From Amphiscolops sp. MND2022 (taxonomy: Eukaryota), in NCBI GenBank assembly GCA_964187785.1, contig OZ076409.1, positions 40,302,001 to 40,366,000 on the forward strand: a stretch of DNA of 64,000 nt. The letters are read 5' to 3'. Below are positions 1 through 11,878 of this stretch, in pieces; the first letter of the stretch is position 1; each line of letters begins with the position of its first letter. Under the pieces are notes generated by a model, which was given only the letters and a program-made list of their open reading frames with translations, was not told the DNA's origin and ran no database searches. The translations under genes and the position numbers were made by a program.

Positions 1-1107
1 TGAATCCGTTGTCGTTATATTGCATTACATACCTTTCTGAACAATGTATCTGATGCTGTTTATAATTAATAATTGCTTTACTCATTGAACAAGTTTGTCC
101 GTTCCAGACTATGGCCTGGGACCAGGCTTCGTGATCTTAACCAAAAATCAGAGCCGTAAAAACTGTAGAAGCAATTCTACTCTTTCATTTAAAACCTAAT
201 GTGTGATTTGTGTTAAATTTCATTCAAATTGTTGCTGATTTATTTAATTTAGGGAAATATTTGTAAAGAAAAATTGGTTGTCATCATTTTTTCCCAAATT
301 TGTGCAGTTAATCAATCTTATTCAATGACTCATTGCGCGTGTCTTTGATAATTTTTTCAGTTCGGCGTCCTGAATAGGCGGGAAGTTGGAGGCGAAGGGA
401 AGCGGAGTCGCAACTCAGGCCGGAAGTGGACGCGTGCTTTCTTCGGAAAGCATGAACAAGCTGAAAGCCTGAGTTCGACAAAGCGGAACTGAACTTCCTG
501 TTTCCGTGCCTCGGACGGACGCCGGACTGAACAAAATGTGAAGTATGTTCGTGTCTTTTCCCCCGCCTTCCGGGATGGAAAGTATAAATACAATGGGAGC
601 TAAAAGCCATTTTAGTTGAATTTTGTTATTTTTGCGAAACAATTATTTCCGTTTAACGATAATTAAAAATCTTGGAACATCACGCTTTGTCACTTGAGAA
701 CTTGCTCTAATTTCCTTGAAAAGAAAATCGAGAATCATCAAGCCTGAGTAAGATGCCAGAACGTAGCTCCAAAAGAAAAGCCAGAAGGGATTCCCCTGTG
801 AACTCCTTAGACGAACCTGAATCTTCTAGCATGAGGACTGAAAACGTTCCTAGTCTATCTGATAAAGATTTTACGGAATTATCTGAAAAGATAGAAAAGT
901 CTGTAAGTAAAAGAATCAAAGACGCAGAGGTCGGACAGCGCGAGATTCTGAAGATGATAGAGAACCTGACCTCTAAAATTGATACACTGGCAGAAAGACC
1001 GCCTAACAACATGCGTCATGACCCCGGCGACGAGGGCGCGGGAAACACGGATTACTGATTTAGAACAGTTGAACCAAGTGATTTACTCCCGAATCACGGT
1101 CAACACA
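1..1107 (+). mobile_element. Partial LTR of a Ty3/gypsy-like retrotransposon (5' end probably upstream of window)
   Basis: TATAAATA at 583-590, ORF start at 753, ends in CA (1106-1107) directly followed by PBS-like TGGTGACAGGAGT; architecture parallels solo LTR at 10386-11861. Confidence 0.5.
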
Positions 1108-1195
1108 TGGTGACAGGAGTTACCACAACCCAGGACATACCCACCCGATCATCAAGTCTACCCCCGCCCAACATGAGATATCCAGACGATTATAA
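753..1195 (+). pseudogene. Truncated gag-like N-terminus starting inside the LTR and reading through the PBS
   Basis: ORFs 753-1058 and 1107- are in the same frame separated by one TGA; basic N-terminus MPERSSKRKARR plus predicted coiled coil; coding character lost after ...NMRYPDD. Confidence 0.5.
1108..1120 (+). promoter_or_regulatory. Primer-binding site, tRNA-Leu-like
   Basis: TGGTGACAGGAGT immediately after CA; close to the canonical tRNA-Leu PBS TGGTGTCAGGAGT. Confidence 0.5.
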
Positions 1196-1589
1196 GGTAA
1201 CCAGGAGCTTTCATTTTTCCAATCTATCGTTGTCAATGTATGACCTTATGATCTGCTGTTTGATAAAGAGTTTTTCGGCTATAATAAAACAGGTTTTAGT
1301 GTCATTCAAATGCATCAACTACCATGATTCTTGTAAACCTATTGAATTCGATTTAAGATTTCACTGCGCTGTCAATTCCCTGGAGCTTATTGTGATTTAC
1401 TCTTTCTGAGACCCGAAGGAGGCCACGTTCTTGTCGTGGGTCTTGTCAAGTGCGAAACTATGTATCTCACGAGCTGAGTGCCTCCCTAAAAATACAGCAT
1501 AAGGACCTCGGCAACAAATTTTTGTGCATCTTGTGCGCAAGTGGTTGCCTTGTCCGACATCTATCTGATAAGAATTGAACTTTTGGGTT

Positions 1590-1824
1590 TTTATGATTTC
1601 AGGTTGTCCATACTCTGGACCATTTATGATTTCAGGCTGTCCATATTCTGGACCATATATGGTTCCATACTGGACCATAAAAGTTTATGGTTTCAGGCTG
1701 ACCATACTCTGGACCATATATGATTCCAGGCCGATCATAGCAAGATCATAGTAAGGAAATTTGTATGATTTGTATGGTGCCATAATATGGTCAGATTATG
1801 ATCGGCATGGTCGGGAAACCCGGG
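1590..1824. repeat. Subterminal repeat cluster / right end of a CACTA-like non-autonomous DNA transposon
   Basis: Repeated CTGGACCATATATGATTTCAGGCTG-type motifs ending in ...GGGAAACCCGGG; matching left end not found. Confidence 0.4.
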
Positions 1825-2094
1825 ATGAAATAAGACACCCGCCCAGCTGCGGAATAACTTCCGCCAGGAAATAAATTGATAAATTGGCAACAACATATTC
1901 TTAGGGCTCGAAAAACAACGATCATGCAAAAATGCTCGAGAAATCGAAGTTTTAAAAGTTCGTAACATCTGGCTTTTTATGGAAAAAACACCAAATTGTT
2001 TTACACAAGAGACTGTTAACTAGCTACGTGTCTTGTTATTGAAAATTACGGAAGTTAATATCCACAACTATATCCAAATCTTGTCCAAACTCGA

Positions 2095-2309
2095 TGAGGA
2101 GAAGATGCCATTCAAATGGCCATTTAAGTTCTTTAAGTTCAAAGTACATGTCATAGAAACATTCTAATCGTAAAACATTCAACGCCGGTGGTAACGATAG
2201 ATACAGTTGTTTGGATTGCATACTCTGTTGATACATGAATCTTGTTAACTTACTATTGTCAAGATCCTAGTTTTTAATTCATTTCTTCTTTATCCATTGG
2301 TCATTTACA
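2095..2309 (+). repeat. 5' LTR of Mag-like element
   Basis: TGAGGAGAAG...ATTTACA, repeated at 5429-5644. Confidence 0.93.
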
Positions 2310-2322
2310 TGGCGCAGTCAGC
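2310..2322 (+). promoter_or_regulatory. Primer-binding site, tRNA-Ser-like
   Basis: TGGCGCAGTCAGC abutting the LTR. Confidence 0.8.
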
Positions 2323-2328
2323 AATCTA

Positions 2329-3432
2329 ATGGACTCTCAAACAGATCCGAATACTTCGGCACAAACGGCCCAATCGGCCACGAATCAAACGTTGATGAAT
2401 CAGACAACAGCAGACCGAATGGAAAAGAACAAATACAAAATTCCAATCCTATCGGACAGAGAAACCGATCTCACAAAAACAAACCCACGAATGTGGTGGG
2501 AACAAATTTCCGAATACATACATCTCACGTACAACCGAAACCTAGACGAAATGATGGATCAAGGCACGGATCGAATGGGCCCACACGCCGTGTATCACAT
2601 CAAGGGAGATGTTATCTGGGCACTAGGCCCCAAAGCCAAACACGAAATCATGAGGGGTCAAAAGGGTAGAGAGCTGAAAGATGTGGACCTATCAGAACTA
2701 TTGAAACTATTCAAGAAAACATTCATCCCCGCGCGAAATGTTTTTCACAGTCGAGCCCAATTCTTTAACATCAAACAAGAAGATAATGAAACATTAGATG
2801 AATATTGGAAAAGACTTGTCGACATTGAAAGAAAATGCGAATTCAACAGAATCACACCAGACGAGAATATCACGTACAAATTCGCAGCAACCATCAATGA
2901 CAAAGAAGCCCGAGACAAATTCATAAAGGGGCCACTAAAACTCCAAATGGTCCTTGAAACCATCGAACAGGACAACTGCAACCGCAAATACGGAGACAAA
3001 AAGCCAAACAAGAAACACAGAAAACTCCCATCTGATAGCTCGTCAAGCGAAGAACAAGTCGCCTACACACATCCAGAACGGAAACGAAAGAAAGCAGAAA
3101 CCGGAAGAAGAAGCTATCGAACCGCAACTGCCACTTTTGCGGCAAACCAAATTGGTCTTTGGAACTTATCTGCTCAGCACGGCGAGCACAGTGCAATAAC
3201 TGCGAGAAAATGGGACACTTTGCCAAAGTGTGCAAATCCAAGACCGTCAGTCGGATTCAGAAGGAACCAACAACGGACAGCAACACCGAATCATGGCCAG
3301 AAATCGACCATATCCAAACCGTCAACGGTATCAATCGAATAGACTTCTACAAAGCAATATCATTGGTCCAGGGACAGCCAATAGAATTCATTTTTGACAC
3401 CGGCTCTCCAGTGACGATAATACCGCCTATAA
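2329..3432 (+). pseudogene. gag: gag and truncated aspartic protease (frameshifted)
   Basis: Gag core ERARF-like motif FHSRAQFFNIKQEDNETLDEY; CCHC knuckle CNNCEKMGHFAKVC and protease FIFDTGSPVTII in the shifted frame 3159-3485. Confidence 0.85.
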
Positions 3433-3539
3433 TACGAACACACAAAGGAGACAACCAAAAGGGCAGAGAAGGATTTCGCCCTTGACCTTCCGATGCTCGT
3501 GGATGAAACAGCGAGGGACGTGAAGATCTTGAGTGCCAT

Positions 3540-4611
3540 CGTCGCTCTAGAAAAAAATTAACCAGAAGATGTATTCTACCCAAATCGTCCACACAGAAAT
3601 CATCTAACCACCAGATTTGGTCTTCTTTTCTATAACGACAAGATCATCATACCCGAAAACATGCGGACAACAGTCAAAGCTATGCTTCACCAAGGACACA
3701 CATCTGCGACAAAAATGGACCAGTTAGCGGCAGCATTTTGTTGGCTTGGCATCTACCAAGAAATTCGAGAAAAGGCAGAAAATTGTCCTAATTGCAGAGC
3801 CTCAGGTAAGAATCTCACAACACAATTACCGTCTTCGGAGAAAAATAAATTAGAAATTTTGTCCGAACCAAATCAAGAAATTCAAATGGACTTCGCTGGT
3901 CCAATAAAATCAAAAACTCGCGGTAACGTGTACATTTTGGTGGCCGTCGACCAATTTGGTAATTGGCCAACGGCTCAAATTTGTAAAAATACCGATTCAC
4001 GGACAATTTTAAAAATTTTTAACGAAATATTGTTCAGATAACAGAACGCCACGGAGCGTACGCACCGACAACGGCAGTTGTTTTCAAAGTAAGGAATTCA
4101 AGGAATTTTGTAACCGAGAAAATATAAAACGCATTAGATGCACACCGAATTTAAACACCGGTATCGGCCAAGTGGAGAGAACAATACGACGATTAAATCG
4201 CTAACTAGAGCAAACATCGCAGACGGCTTAATGTTCGACGAGAGTGTTGACTTAGCGAATAAAACAATTAGACAAACTCCCCACAGTAAATTAAACATGA
4301 CGCCATTCCAGATGCATTTCGGACGAAAACCTCGCACTGCGATAACTTTTTTAATTGGACAACCTGAATGTTTCTTATCTAATGGGAAAGAGACACTGAC
4401 CAATTATTTTTCAGCACAGCCAACGGAACTCCAAATGTTCACCATAAACGATTCACAAGGTGAGATGGCTGATTATATCGTCCTCAACGATTCGAAGAAA
4501 AGAGCAAGATCGGTAAGCCCGGAATTTAAACAGTACCAATTTTTTGAAAAAGAAAACAAACCAAACGCTTTGAAATGCAGATTCAAAACTAACGGCAGTA
4601 AAGGAAACTAA
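3540..4611 (+). pseudogene. pol: Integrase (frameshifted)
   Basis: HQGH...CPNC zinc finger, IQMDFAGP, VAVDQF, RTDNG, RQTPHS..MTPFQMHFGRKPRT motifs across ORFs 3661-4041 and 4138-4611. Confidence 0.85.
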
Positions 4612-5417
4612 ACATACTATAACTACGTCTGAAGGGAAAACAATACACAAAAAACTAGCGTCAAAACCGGTAAAATTTCAGCTTTCAAGAAAACCGGAAA
4701 AAAACGGAAACCAACTAACAAATGCCGCAGATGTGGAAAATTCTGCCAAGGAGAATTCTGCGATACACATAAAAGAATGTATGGAATTCCAAGAAGCCCG
4801 CAAGAACCGTGCAGCAGCCGCACCCTACCGACGATGCCGCAGAAACGATCCACCTACGGCGACATCATTACAACCCATACAGAGACGGACGTACAGGAAC
4901 CACAAGCCGCTACAATAACGGCGCAACAGCACGAAGAACAAAACACTACCTCAGAAGAAACACAGATAGAGGAAGACGGTGCACCGGAAGTAAATACACC
5001 GTTGCCAACTACACCGATTCAGTGCAGTACCAGTCACGGTCTGTGCCCGTCACAGAAAGATGACGATCAACAAACCCCCCCGATTCGTGCAACTGTTACC
5101 GCTGAAATACCAGCTGAGACCGAAAAAGTAAATTAAAAAAAAGGTAAAGCTGACATTAAAGAGATAAAACAAAAAATTATGAAGGTAACATTTGAAAAAT
5201 CAAGCGATCTTTGTAGATCAAATAGGATAAAGGTCGCTAGGCGAACCGAGAAATTAGGTGGGGTAGAATATTACTAATATTGGTCCTTTAGGAACCATCT
5301 CCAGCTCACTGCGAAGATTCCTTACAACTCCCTCTCCAAGATTGAAGAAAGAGAAAGCCCAAGCTGGACAATCTGACAAGAATCCCTCCGGGAGTCAGGA
5401 TTGGTTTCCCTAGCTGC

Positions 5418-5428
5418 AGAAGGGGGAA
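5418..5428 (+). promoter_or_regulatory. Polypurine tract
   Basis: AGAAGGGGGAA directly before 3' LTR. Confidence 0.85.
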
Positions 5429-5644
5429 TGAGGAGAAGATGCCATTCATATGGCCATTTAAGTTCTTTAAGTTCAAAGTACCTGCCATAGAAACCATTCT
5501 CATCGTAAAACATTCAACGCCGGTGCTAACGATAGATACAGTTGTTTGGATTGCATACTCTGTTGATACATGAATCTTGTTAACTTACTACTGTCAAGAT
5601 CCTAGTTTTTAATTCAATTCTTATTTATCCATTGGTAATTTACA
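5429..5644 (+). repeat. 3' LTR of Mag-like element
   Basis: Matches 2095-2309 with ~9 substitutions and 1 indel. Confidence 0.93.
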
Positions 5645-7024
5645 CTCGACAGAAAACCGTCACACTTGAGGTTTCGACACTTTTCTCTTGCTTTTATTCT
5701 TGTTTCGAAAACTCAAAACAAAAGTTTCCTCCAAATAAAGGCATATGCTCAGTAGCAACTTGTTTTGTGGACTAATTTTGGGGTTATTTATATCCTGAAA
5801 AATATCCGAAAATTATACATACTTCTCATGTATTGGTATTTTTTGGAATCTGTAGCCAACGAAGTTAATCAAACACGATCCATTAATTACATAGAAAGTT
5901 TAATGAATAAATAATTGTGGAATTTTTAACTTTCTTGGTGTCGTTAATGTGTCATGATTGGTCATTACTAAAAAATCTAAAAGTCTCCACTAATACGTAT
6001 CGCACAGAACTTAGTTTTTGGAAATCGAAAAAACTGTATTTCTTACCTGTAGAAACCTGTCTAATAATACTAGCATTTGAGTATAAATTTTAGACATGGC
6101 AAGTTTTGGAAGTTTTGATAGGTTTCCTTTCCCATTTTAGAAATATAGCCAAAAAATTAAATTCTGTTGTAACGCCAAGTTTAAAACAATTTTCGTGGAA
6201 AACCATTTTCCAATTCATGGAAAAGCGGAGGCTCAATTGCTCGAGTGTTAATCAGAGCCGAAAAAGTTTAACATTTTCTCATTTTCAGTCGTTTTTCCCC
6301 ATGATGGTCCACATTTTAAAAAGCACAAAAGCATTTCTGTTCAGTATAAATTGAAACACACACAAGCATTCTCTGTTTGAACAACAAAGTAATGTGTCGA
6401 ACATTCTTGAGCGCAACTAAATCAATTTTGCAAAAGTTTAAAAATCTTCTCGAATGGTTGTTAATTATTAACAACCATTAGAGAAGAGTTTTTAGATTAG
6501 AGAAGAAATCCATGAGAGAAGAAATCGTAAGAAAATGAAGTAGTCCGCAAATGATACTAACTGGTAATTTAGACATGTATTCAAAAGTGTAACGAAAAAC
6601 TTTCAAATTTAAATTTTCTATAATCAAATCAAGCTTCCAGGTATTTGCAAACTACTTCATTTTCTTACCGTAATCGTGACGATTTTTAAGTTGCTTTCTT
6701 TCTCAAGTCCTCACAGAAGTGTTGAACATTTTTGTGGATTCTTGATTTGTAGTGCAAAAAATTGAATTTTTTGAATCCGAACTTCATTCCAAATGAAAAA
6801 TTTAAAACTTTCAGTATCCGTGTATTTACTAATATATTTACCATTATGAATTCGTAAAGACTTTGCGATAGCCCAAATTCACCAAAAAATTAAATGAGAA
6901 AAATCCATTGTTATTCTTGGTTTATTCTTGGATGCGTGAATCAGAAAAATCAGTCATTTTCAATCTCATTCTAGTCAACGCTTTTTGAGCTAACAAAAAA
7001 GCCCGACTCTTACAGAGACTCTTT

Positions 7025-7356
7025 TTAGTCGGCGCCTTTCCCCTTAAAAAAATCCGACCATTACTGGTAGTTTTTTTCAGTTCACTATAAATGGTCCACT
7101 TTTTTGTTCCTTTGTTTAACCTTGTAGTCAAGAGGTCATCCCGGATTTTAGTTTAATTATAACGTTTCAAAGTTCGGATGTAAGGTTTTCAAAGTTAAAG
7201 TTCGAATGTAGCGTTTTCAAAGTTCGGATATAACGTTTTTAAAGTTCGGATATAACGTTTTCATTTCTCGTATAACATTATAGATTTCTCCCCAAATTTC
7301 AACATAATTTATTGAGCTTTAGATATGGCGCCGACTTGGGCCATTCCCGGCTTGTT
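7025..7356 (+). mobile_element. Non-autonomous Helentron/DINE-1 (HINE)-like element
   Basis: Subterminal inverted repeats AGTCGGCGCC (7027-7036) / GGCGCCGACT (7327-7336), short 3' hairpin then CTTGTT, T-run flanks with no TSD, internal ~22-bp tandem repeat TATAACGTTTTCAAAGTTCGGA. Confidence 0.6.
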
Positions 7357-8546
7357 TTTTGTCCAGACCACAGAGCACACACTGAAAGGTCCACTATTTA
7401 CCGAATTACTCAAGCACTTTCTTCCATACAAGCAAGCAATCTCTGGTGCTTCCAAAGGGTACCACCTTTGGCACCATAGTTTTTAAGCTTCTGCCGTTAC
7501 TAGACAACTCGGCATTGTGAGACTATTTTTTCCAAAATTGATGTCGCCAAAGTGCCCTTTTTTGGTTATTTTGATTGTATGCAACAAATTGGATAGTAAA
7601 TAAGTCCAAGGTGTCCCTTTTTTTGCGTTTTTCATCTCCGTGAACATTTTTTGACGAGTTTCATTTTTTCTTCTGAAGGTAGAGGATAGACCGAAATGCT
7701 TCGATTTTGTTTTTTTTTGGTACTATGAAACTTTCTGAGTTTTTTTGAGGCAACCAAGTTCAATTTTTAATAGAATCAAAACGTTTTCGGCACACTAGAT
7801 TTTTCAGCACTATATTTTATCGAAGACATTTTTGAAAACAAAAAAAATCAAATAATTTTTCGTTTTTTTTTTAAATTTCTGAGAAATTCGTTTTTAAGCC
7901 TTAAGTCTGTCATCTTTGGTCCTGTAAGACTGATGAGAGTTTTCTTAATAAGTGGAATTGTTTTTTTGTGATTTTTTGTCACTATGCGACTCTTTTATCG
8001 AAAAATTTTGTATCTGTCAAACCCCTTTTTTAAAGAAGTTCATGGCTTGGAAAAAAATATTTTCGAAAAAGTGTTTTTTTCACAGTTTTGGGTTTTTTGA
8101 TGATTCCAGTCAGAAAAACTGTTTTTGTGTCCCATGTCTCAGTACATGTGATATAATTTTGACAAAAGTGTCCCTTTGCATTTGAAAAAAGTATCTCCTT
8201 CTTGGTTTTCCGCACTTTAAAGATTTTGTTTGAACAAAAAATAAAGCGAAGTTTTCTTTTAGCATACGTTTTCTGGTGTTTTCAGTTCACAAAAAGCTAC
8301 TTTCGACAATCAAGGGTACACTTTCGGGTATTTTGTTAAGCAGGGCGCCAACTTGGGCCGTCCCATTTTGATTGGGTATCTGCTGGTATGAGTAAACTTG
8401 GGTTGTTTGACACTACAGCACAGAAAAACTTGGGAAAGATTAGTATCAAAATTTGCACCACCTAAACTACATAAAGAAATTATGTATTGCCCAACTTCAA
8501 GTTATCACAAAGCAAAACTTTTGGAGAACAATGCATCCCATAATAG

Positions 8547-8886
8547 AACAAGCCGAAACGGCCGAAGTCGGCGCCATATCTCAGGCTCAAAAATAGCAAA
8601 ATTTTTTTCGAAACTTTTTTGTCTCCGGTTTTTTGGTACATTATAAAAAAATTGCGAAAAAAGCCCCACAATGCCGAAAAAACCTGCACAAAAAGTTTTT
8701 GGTCATGAGCGGGACTCGAACTCACGTCCTTCTGCTTGGCAGACCTCAAAAAAGCCTAATTAAACTCTATGCCAAGTGCACAGTCTCTATGCAGTTAGTG
8801 GAAGCCAGCTTATAAAACTTATAGAATCTGTCACTTCGTTGGTCTTTAAAAAAAGTCACTACTATAGTCTGCGTTTTTCTACGAAG
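8547..8886 (-). mobile_element. HINE-like element copy (truncated)
   Basis: AACAAGCCGAAACGGCCGAAGTCGGCGCCATATCT end shared with 7025-7356; other end AAAAAAGTCACTACTATAGTC.. shared with 10255-10303. Confidence 0.55.
8700..8781 (-). other. tRNA-derived segment (Pol III A/B-box-like), not a functional tRNA
   Basis: Minus strand TGGCATAGAGTTT (A-box-like) ... GTGAGTTCGAGTCCCGC (T-arm/B box); no intact cloverleaf. Confidence 0.45.
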
Positions 8887-9294
8887 TTTTCTTTTAGCAT
8901 ACGTTTTCTGGTGTTTTCAGTTCACAAAAAGCTACTTTCGACAATCAAGGGTACACTTTCGGGTATTTTGTTAAGCAGGGCGCCAACTTGGGCCGTCCCA
9001 TTTTGATTGGGTATCTGCTGGTATGAGTAAACTTGAGTTGTTTGACACTACAGCACAGAAAAACTTGAGAAAGATTAGTATCAAAATTTGCACCACCTAA
9101 ACTACATAAAGAAATTATGTACTGCCCAACTTCAAGTTATCACAAATAACTACGTTTGCTTAACTAGTCATAATGACTATGTTTGCTTACAATATTTGGT
9201 AATTCATTTCTCAGGATCGCTTTTTCTGGTGTGCAATAGGTCCATTTGCTCCCGCTTAGACTAAGTATCCTCAAATATGTCAACTATAAATGTC

Positions 9295-10303
9295 AACAAG
9301 CCATAAACGGCAGACGTTGGAGCACTGTCTAGAGCTATTTAAAAACTGCATAAGTCGTCCCCATATCTAAGACTCAACGATAGCAAAACCCTGGTTGGAA
9401 CTGCTTGAACTTTTTTACAAGTTTTTGTAGTTTACCAAGCTAATTTTTCATGATTTTCTAAATTCTCCAAGAGACTTCCATGCATCAAAATTTCACTGAA
9501 ACAATTAAATTTCATCAAGCTGCCTATAAAATGCACCCTAAATTTGGTGGCAATTCCGAGACACGAAGTTTTGCAGGTTTCATCAAGATTTCATTGAAAT
9601 TTTGAAAGCAGCTGTGACCTCAAAAATTTTCCCGCGATTTCAATGCAAATAAACTTCAGTCACATTATAAGTTCCAAAGTAGCGTCATATTCAGCGTGCT
9701 ATTTGAGTAACGGTGGTTACATAAGGTACTTACTTTGAGAAACTTACGCGTGAAAACAAAGTGATCGCATCGGTAAAGAAGTGGATTTGTTTTCAGTTTT
9801 ATTTGAAATAGTGCAAGCTGCATTGTAGTCCTACAAAATTTCTCCAGGAGTGATTTCAGTATTTTCTATGTTTATCAAAAATTTAGATTGCATGCATGAA
9901 TGCAACATGGACAACTTTCCGGCAGGTTCGACTAGGGAAGGACTTCAAAGTGTCAAGTATTCTTTTACAGTACCCAAAAATCCCAAAAGTTGGACCGAAT
10001 TGGCTCGCCGAGGTACAAACAATTAAAAAATATCCAGTTTTTCCTTTGGTGAAAAAAACTTTTCAAAAAAAGTCTCACATTGCCGAAAAACTGAAAGGAG
10101 GGACCCTTAAGTCTCACCAAAAACTGTATGTTGCGCTGATAAAAAGGAACAAGTCTTTTGGTTAAGTACGCAAGGCCAAATAGTTCAATTAGACACCACA
10201 AAATTACGTACAACTCTCTAGAATTGTTTTGATCAGTTCGTGTGGGTTTGAAAAAAAGTCACTATAATAGTCGCGTTTCATTTCATGAAGCGCCGGTTTA
10301 AAA
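9295..10303 (-). mobile_element. HINE-like element copy (diverged, longer)
   Basis: Begins AACAAGCCATAAACGGCAGACGTTGGAGC, ends AAAAAAGTCACTATAATAGTCGCG...GAAGCGCCGGTTTAAAA. Confidence 0.45.
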
Positions 10304-10385
10304 AGGGCGAAAAAACTCCAAAGCACCAAGGAATCTTTAATGAATAAATTCTCATTTTCAGAGTTTCGAAAAACCCAAAGTTGTA

Positions 10386-11861
10386 TGTGTCCCAGGCGTC
10401 CGCCTGTGATGGGAATATGTATTCAATTTGCCATGACTACAAGAAAGCACAGCCTTACACTATCCCATTAAACTAAAACTTACAAGTAAAAACTGTTTAC
10501 ATTATTTTAAAAGTCATGTAAATCTTATATTTTACTTTATGATATAATTTATATTACGCAATCGCATAAAGAATTAGTATTCTGGCGCTAATATTATGAT
10601 GTAAGTTAATTGGACACCAAGGCGTACAGGTAAAGGAAACGCGTTCAAATGTTTCCTCGCCTGTCGCCTTGGTCCGCAAGTCCGAATGCTTCGCTAGCCA
10701 ATCAGAGCGCAGTATTACTTTCATTTGTTGCTGTACTGTATTGTTTGATTAAAGGACTGGATGGCCATATGCCGCCTGTCAACAAAGCGCTAGTCCGCTC
10801 TTGTCGATTGGACACTGAGTCCGCAAGTAGATTAAAGGCGCTAACAAGAAACTATTATTGCTAACGTAATTGATGAAGCTTTAATTGCCTTCAAAATACA
10901 TGAACAGTCCCGAAAGGAGTCATGAACAATGCTAGTCTGAGTGCTATTACTTGTAATTTCATGAAAAGCAGTTAAATGTTGAAATGCATGTAATCTGTTT
11001 TATTTTGTACATGTACGCTGTTCATTGCATTTACGGACTCACGGGCTTCCCGCCATAACACCCGCTGAGGAAGTCCTTTGATGTAAATGACATCATGATG
11101 ATGCTATTGTTGCTATTTATAGCTGCGTCTATATTTTCTATATTTAGAAAGCCCTTAAGGCTATTTTTAGCTCATGACTGCTAAAATTCTGAATGTCATG
11201 TAGTTTCTAATATATATAGCCGGGACATTCAGCCCCGGGGACACAATTGTTGAATGATACTACATGTTGAAGTTACTTACCGTTTAGTAATATCACACTA
11301 AATTTGCAAGCTAAAAGATAATTCACATCTTTATCTTGTAACAATTTCTTATGCCTTCCACAAGAAGACAAAAGGCAAAAGCCAGGAGATCTAGAGAAAT
11401 GGACATGATGTCCGACTTTGAAAATCTAGACGTGATGCTGGGAAATGAAAATAATAATCCCATAGAAAGAGAATTAGCTGATGCAATAGATCAGTCGTCG
11501 GCCCACGGGGACGCTGATACAAACGTGTACCAAGGGAATGAATATAGAGATTATTTACATGAAAATGACATACTGAGACAAAATGAAGTGAGACAGTCCT
11601 TCGAAACTTTCTCAAATGAATTTAACCTTAGACTGTCTCAAGAAATGGACTCAATGATGTCAATGATGCATAGTCAGATAAATAGGGCCATTACGGCAGC
11701 TATAGCTGAGAGAGTTATCCCAGAGATTCAAAACATTGCTAACTCAATGTCCTCCACTGGGCACAGAGACACTGAGGCCAGTTTGTCTCTTAATAGTCAG
11801 GAAAACAGGGAAAGCGCATCTGTAGGTGATTTGAGAGATACCACGGGTCGAGGTCCTCACA
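10386..11861 (+). mobile_element. Solo LTR (~1476 bp) of a Ty3/gypsy-like element
   Basis: TGTG...CACA termini flanked by GTA / GTA(T); TATATATA at 11211; gag-like ORF from 11351 that loses coding character at the LTR end. Confidence 0.6.
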
Positions 11862-11878
11862 GTATGTTTGCAGCTTAA
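11351..11878 (+). CDS. LTR-encoded gag-like N-terminal peptide (175 aa)
   Basis: Intact ATG ORF, basic N-terminus MPSTRRQKAKARRSR, helical/coiled-coil segment FNLRLSQEMDSMMSMMHSQINRAI; last ~5 codons from flanking DNA. Confidence 0.55.
   Translation: MPSTRRQKAKARRSREMDMMSDFENLDVMLGNENNNPIERELADAIDQSSAHGDADTNVYQGNEYRDYLHENDILRQNEVRQSFETFSNEFNLRLSQEMDSMMSMMHSQINRAITAAIAERVIPEIQNIANSMSSTGHRDTEASLSLNSQENRESASVGDLRDTTGRGPHSMFAA

Larger units (their letters stand above)
2095..5644 (+). mobile_element. Internally deleted Ty3/gypsy (Mag-like) LTR retrotransposon
   Basis: Two ~215-bp TG...CA LTRs (~95% identical), 5-bp TSD CTCGA (2090-2094, 5645-5649), PBS, PPT, gag zinc knuckle, protease, integrase; no RT/RNase H. 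Confidence 0.93.
8247..9146. repeat. 265-bp direct repeat pair (8247-8511 and 8882-9146)
   Basis: CGAAGTTTTCTTTTAGCATACG...GTTATCACAAA occurs twice with ~3 mismatches. Confidence 0.9.

Noticed and set aside
8700..8781. Functional tRNA gene
   Set aside because: Only the T-arm/B box is convincing; internal T6 run and no acceptor stem.
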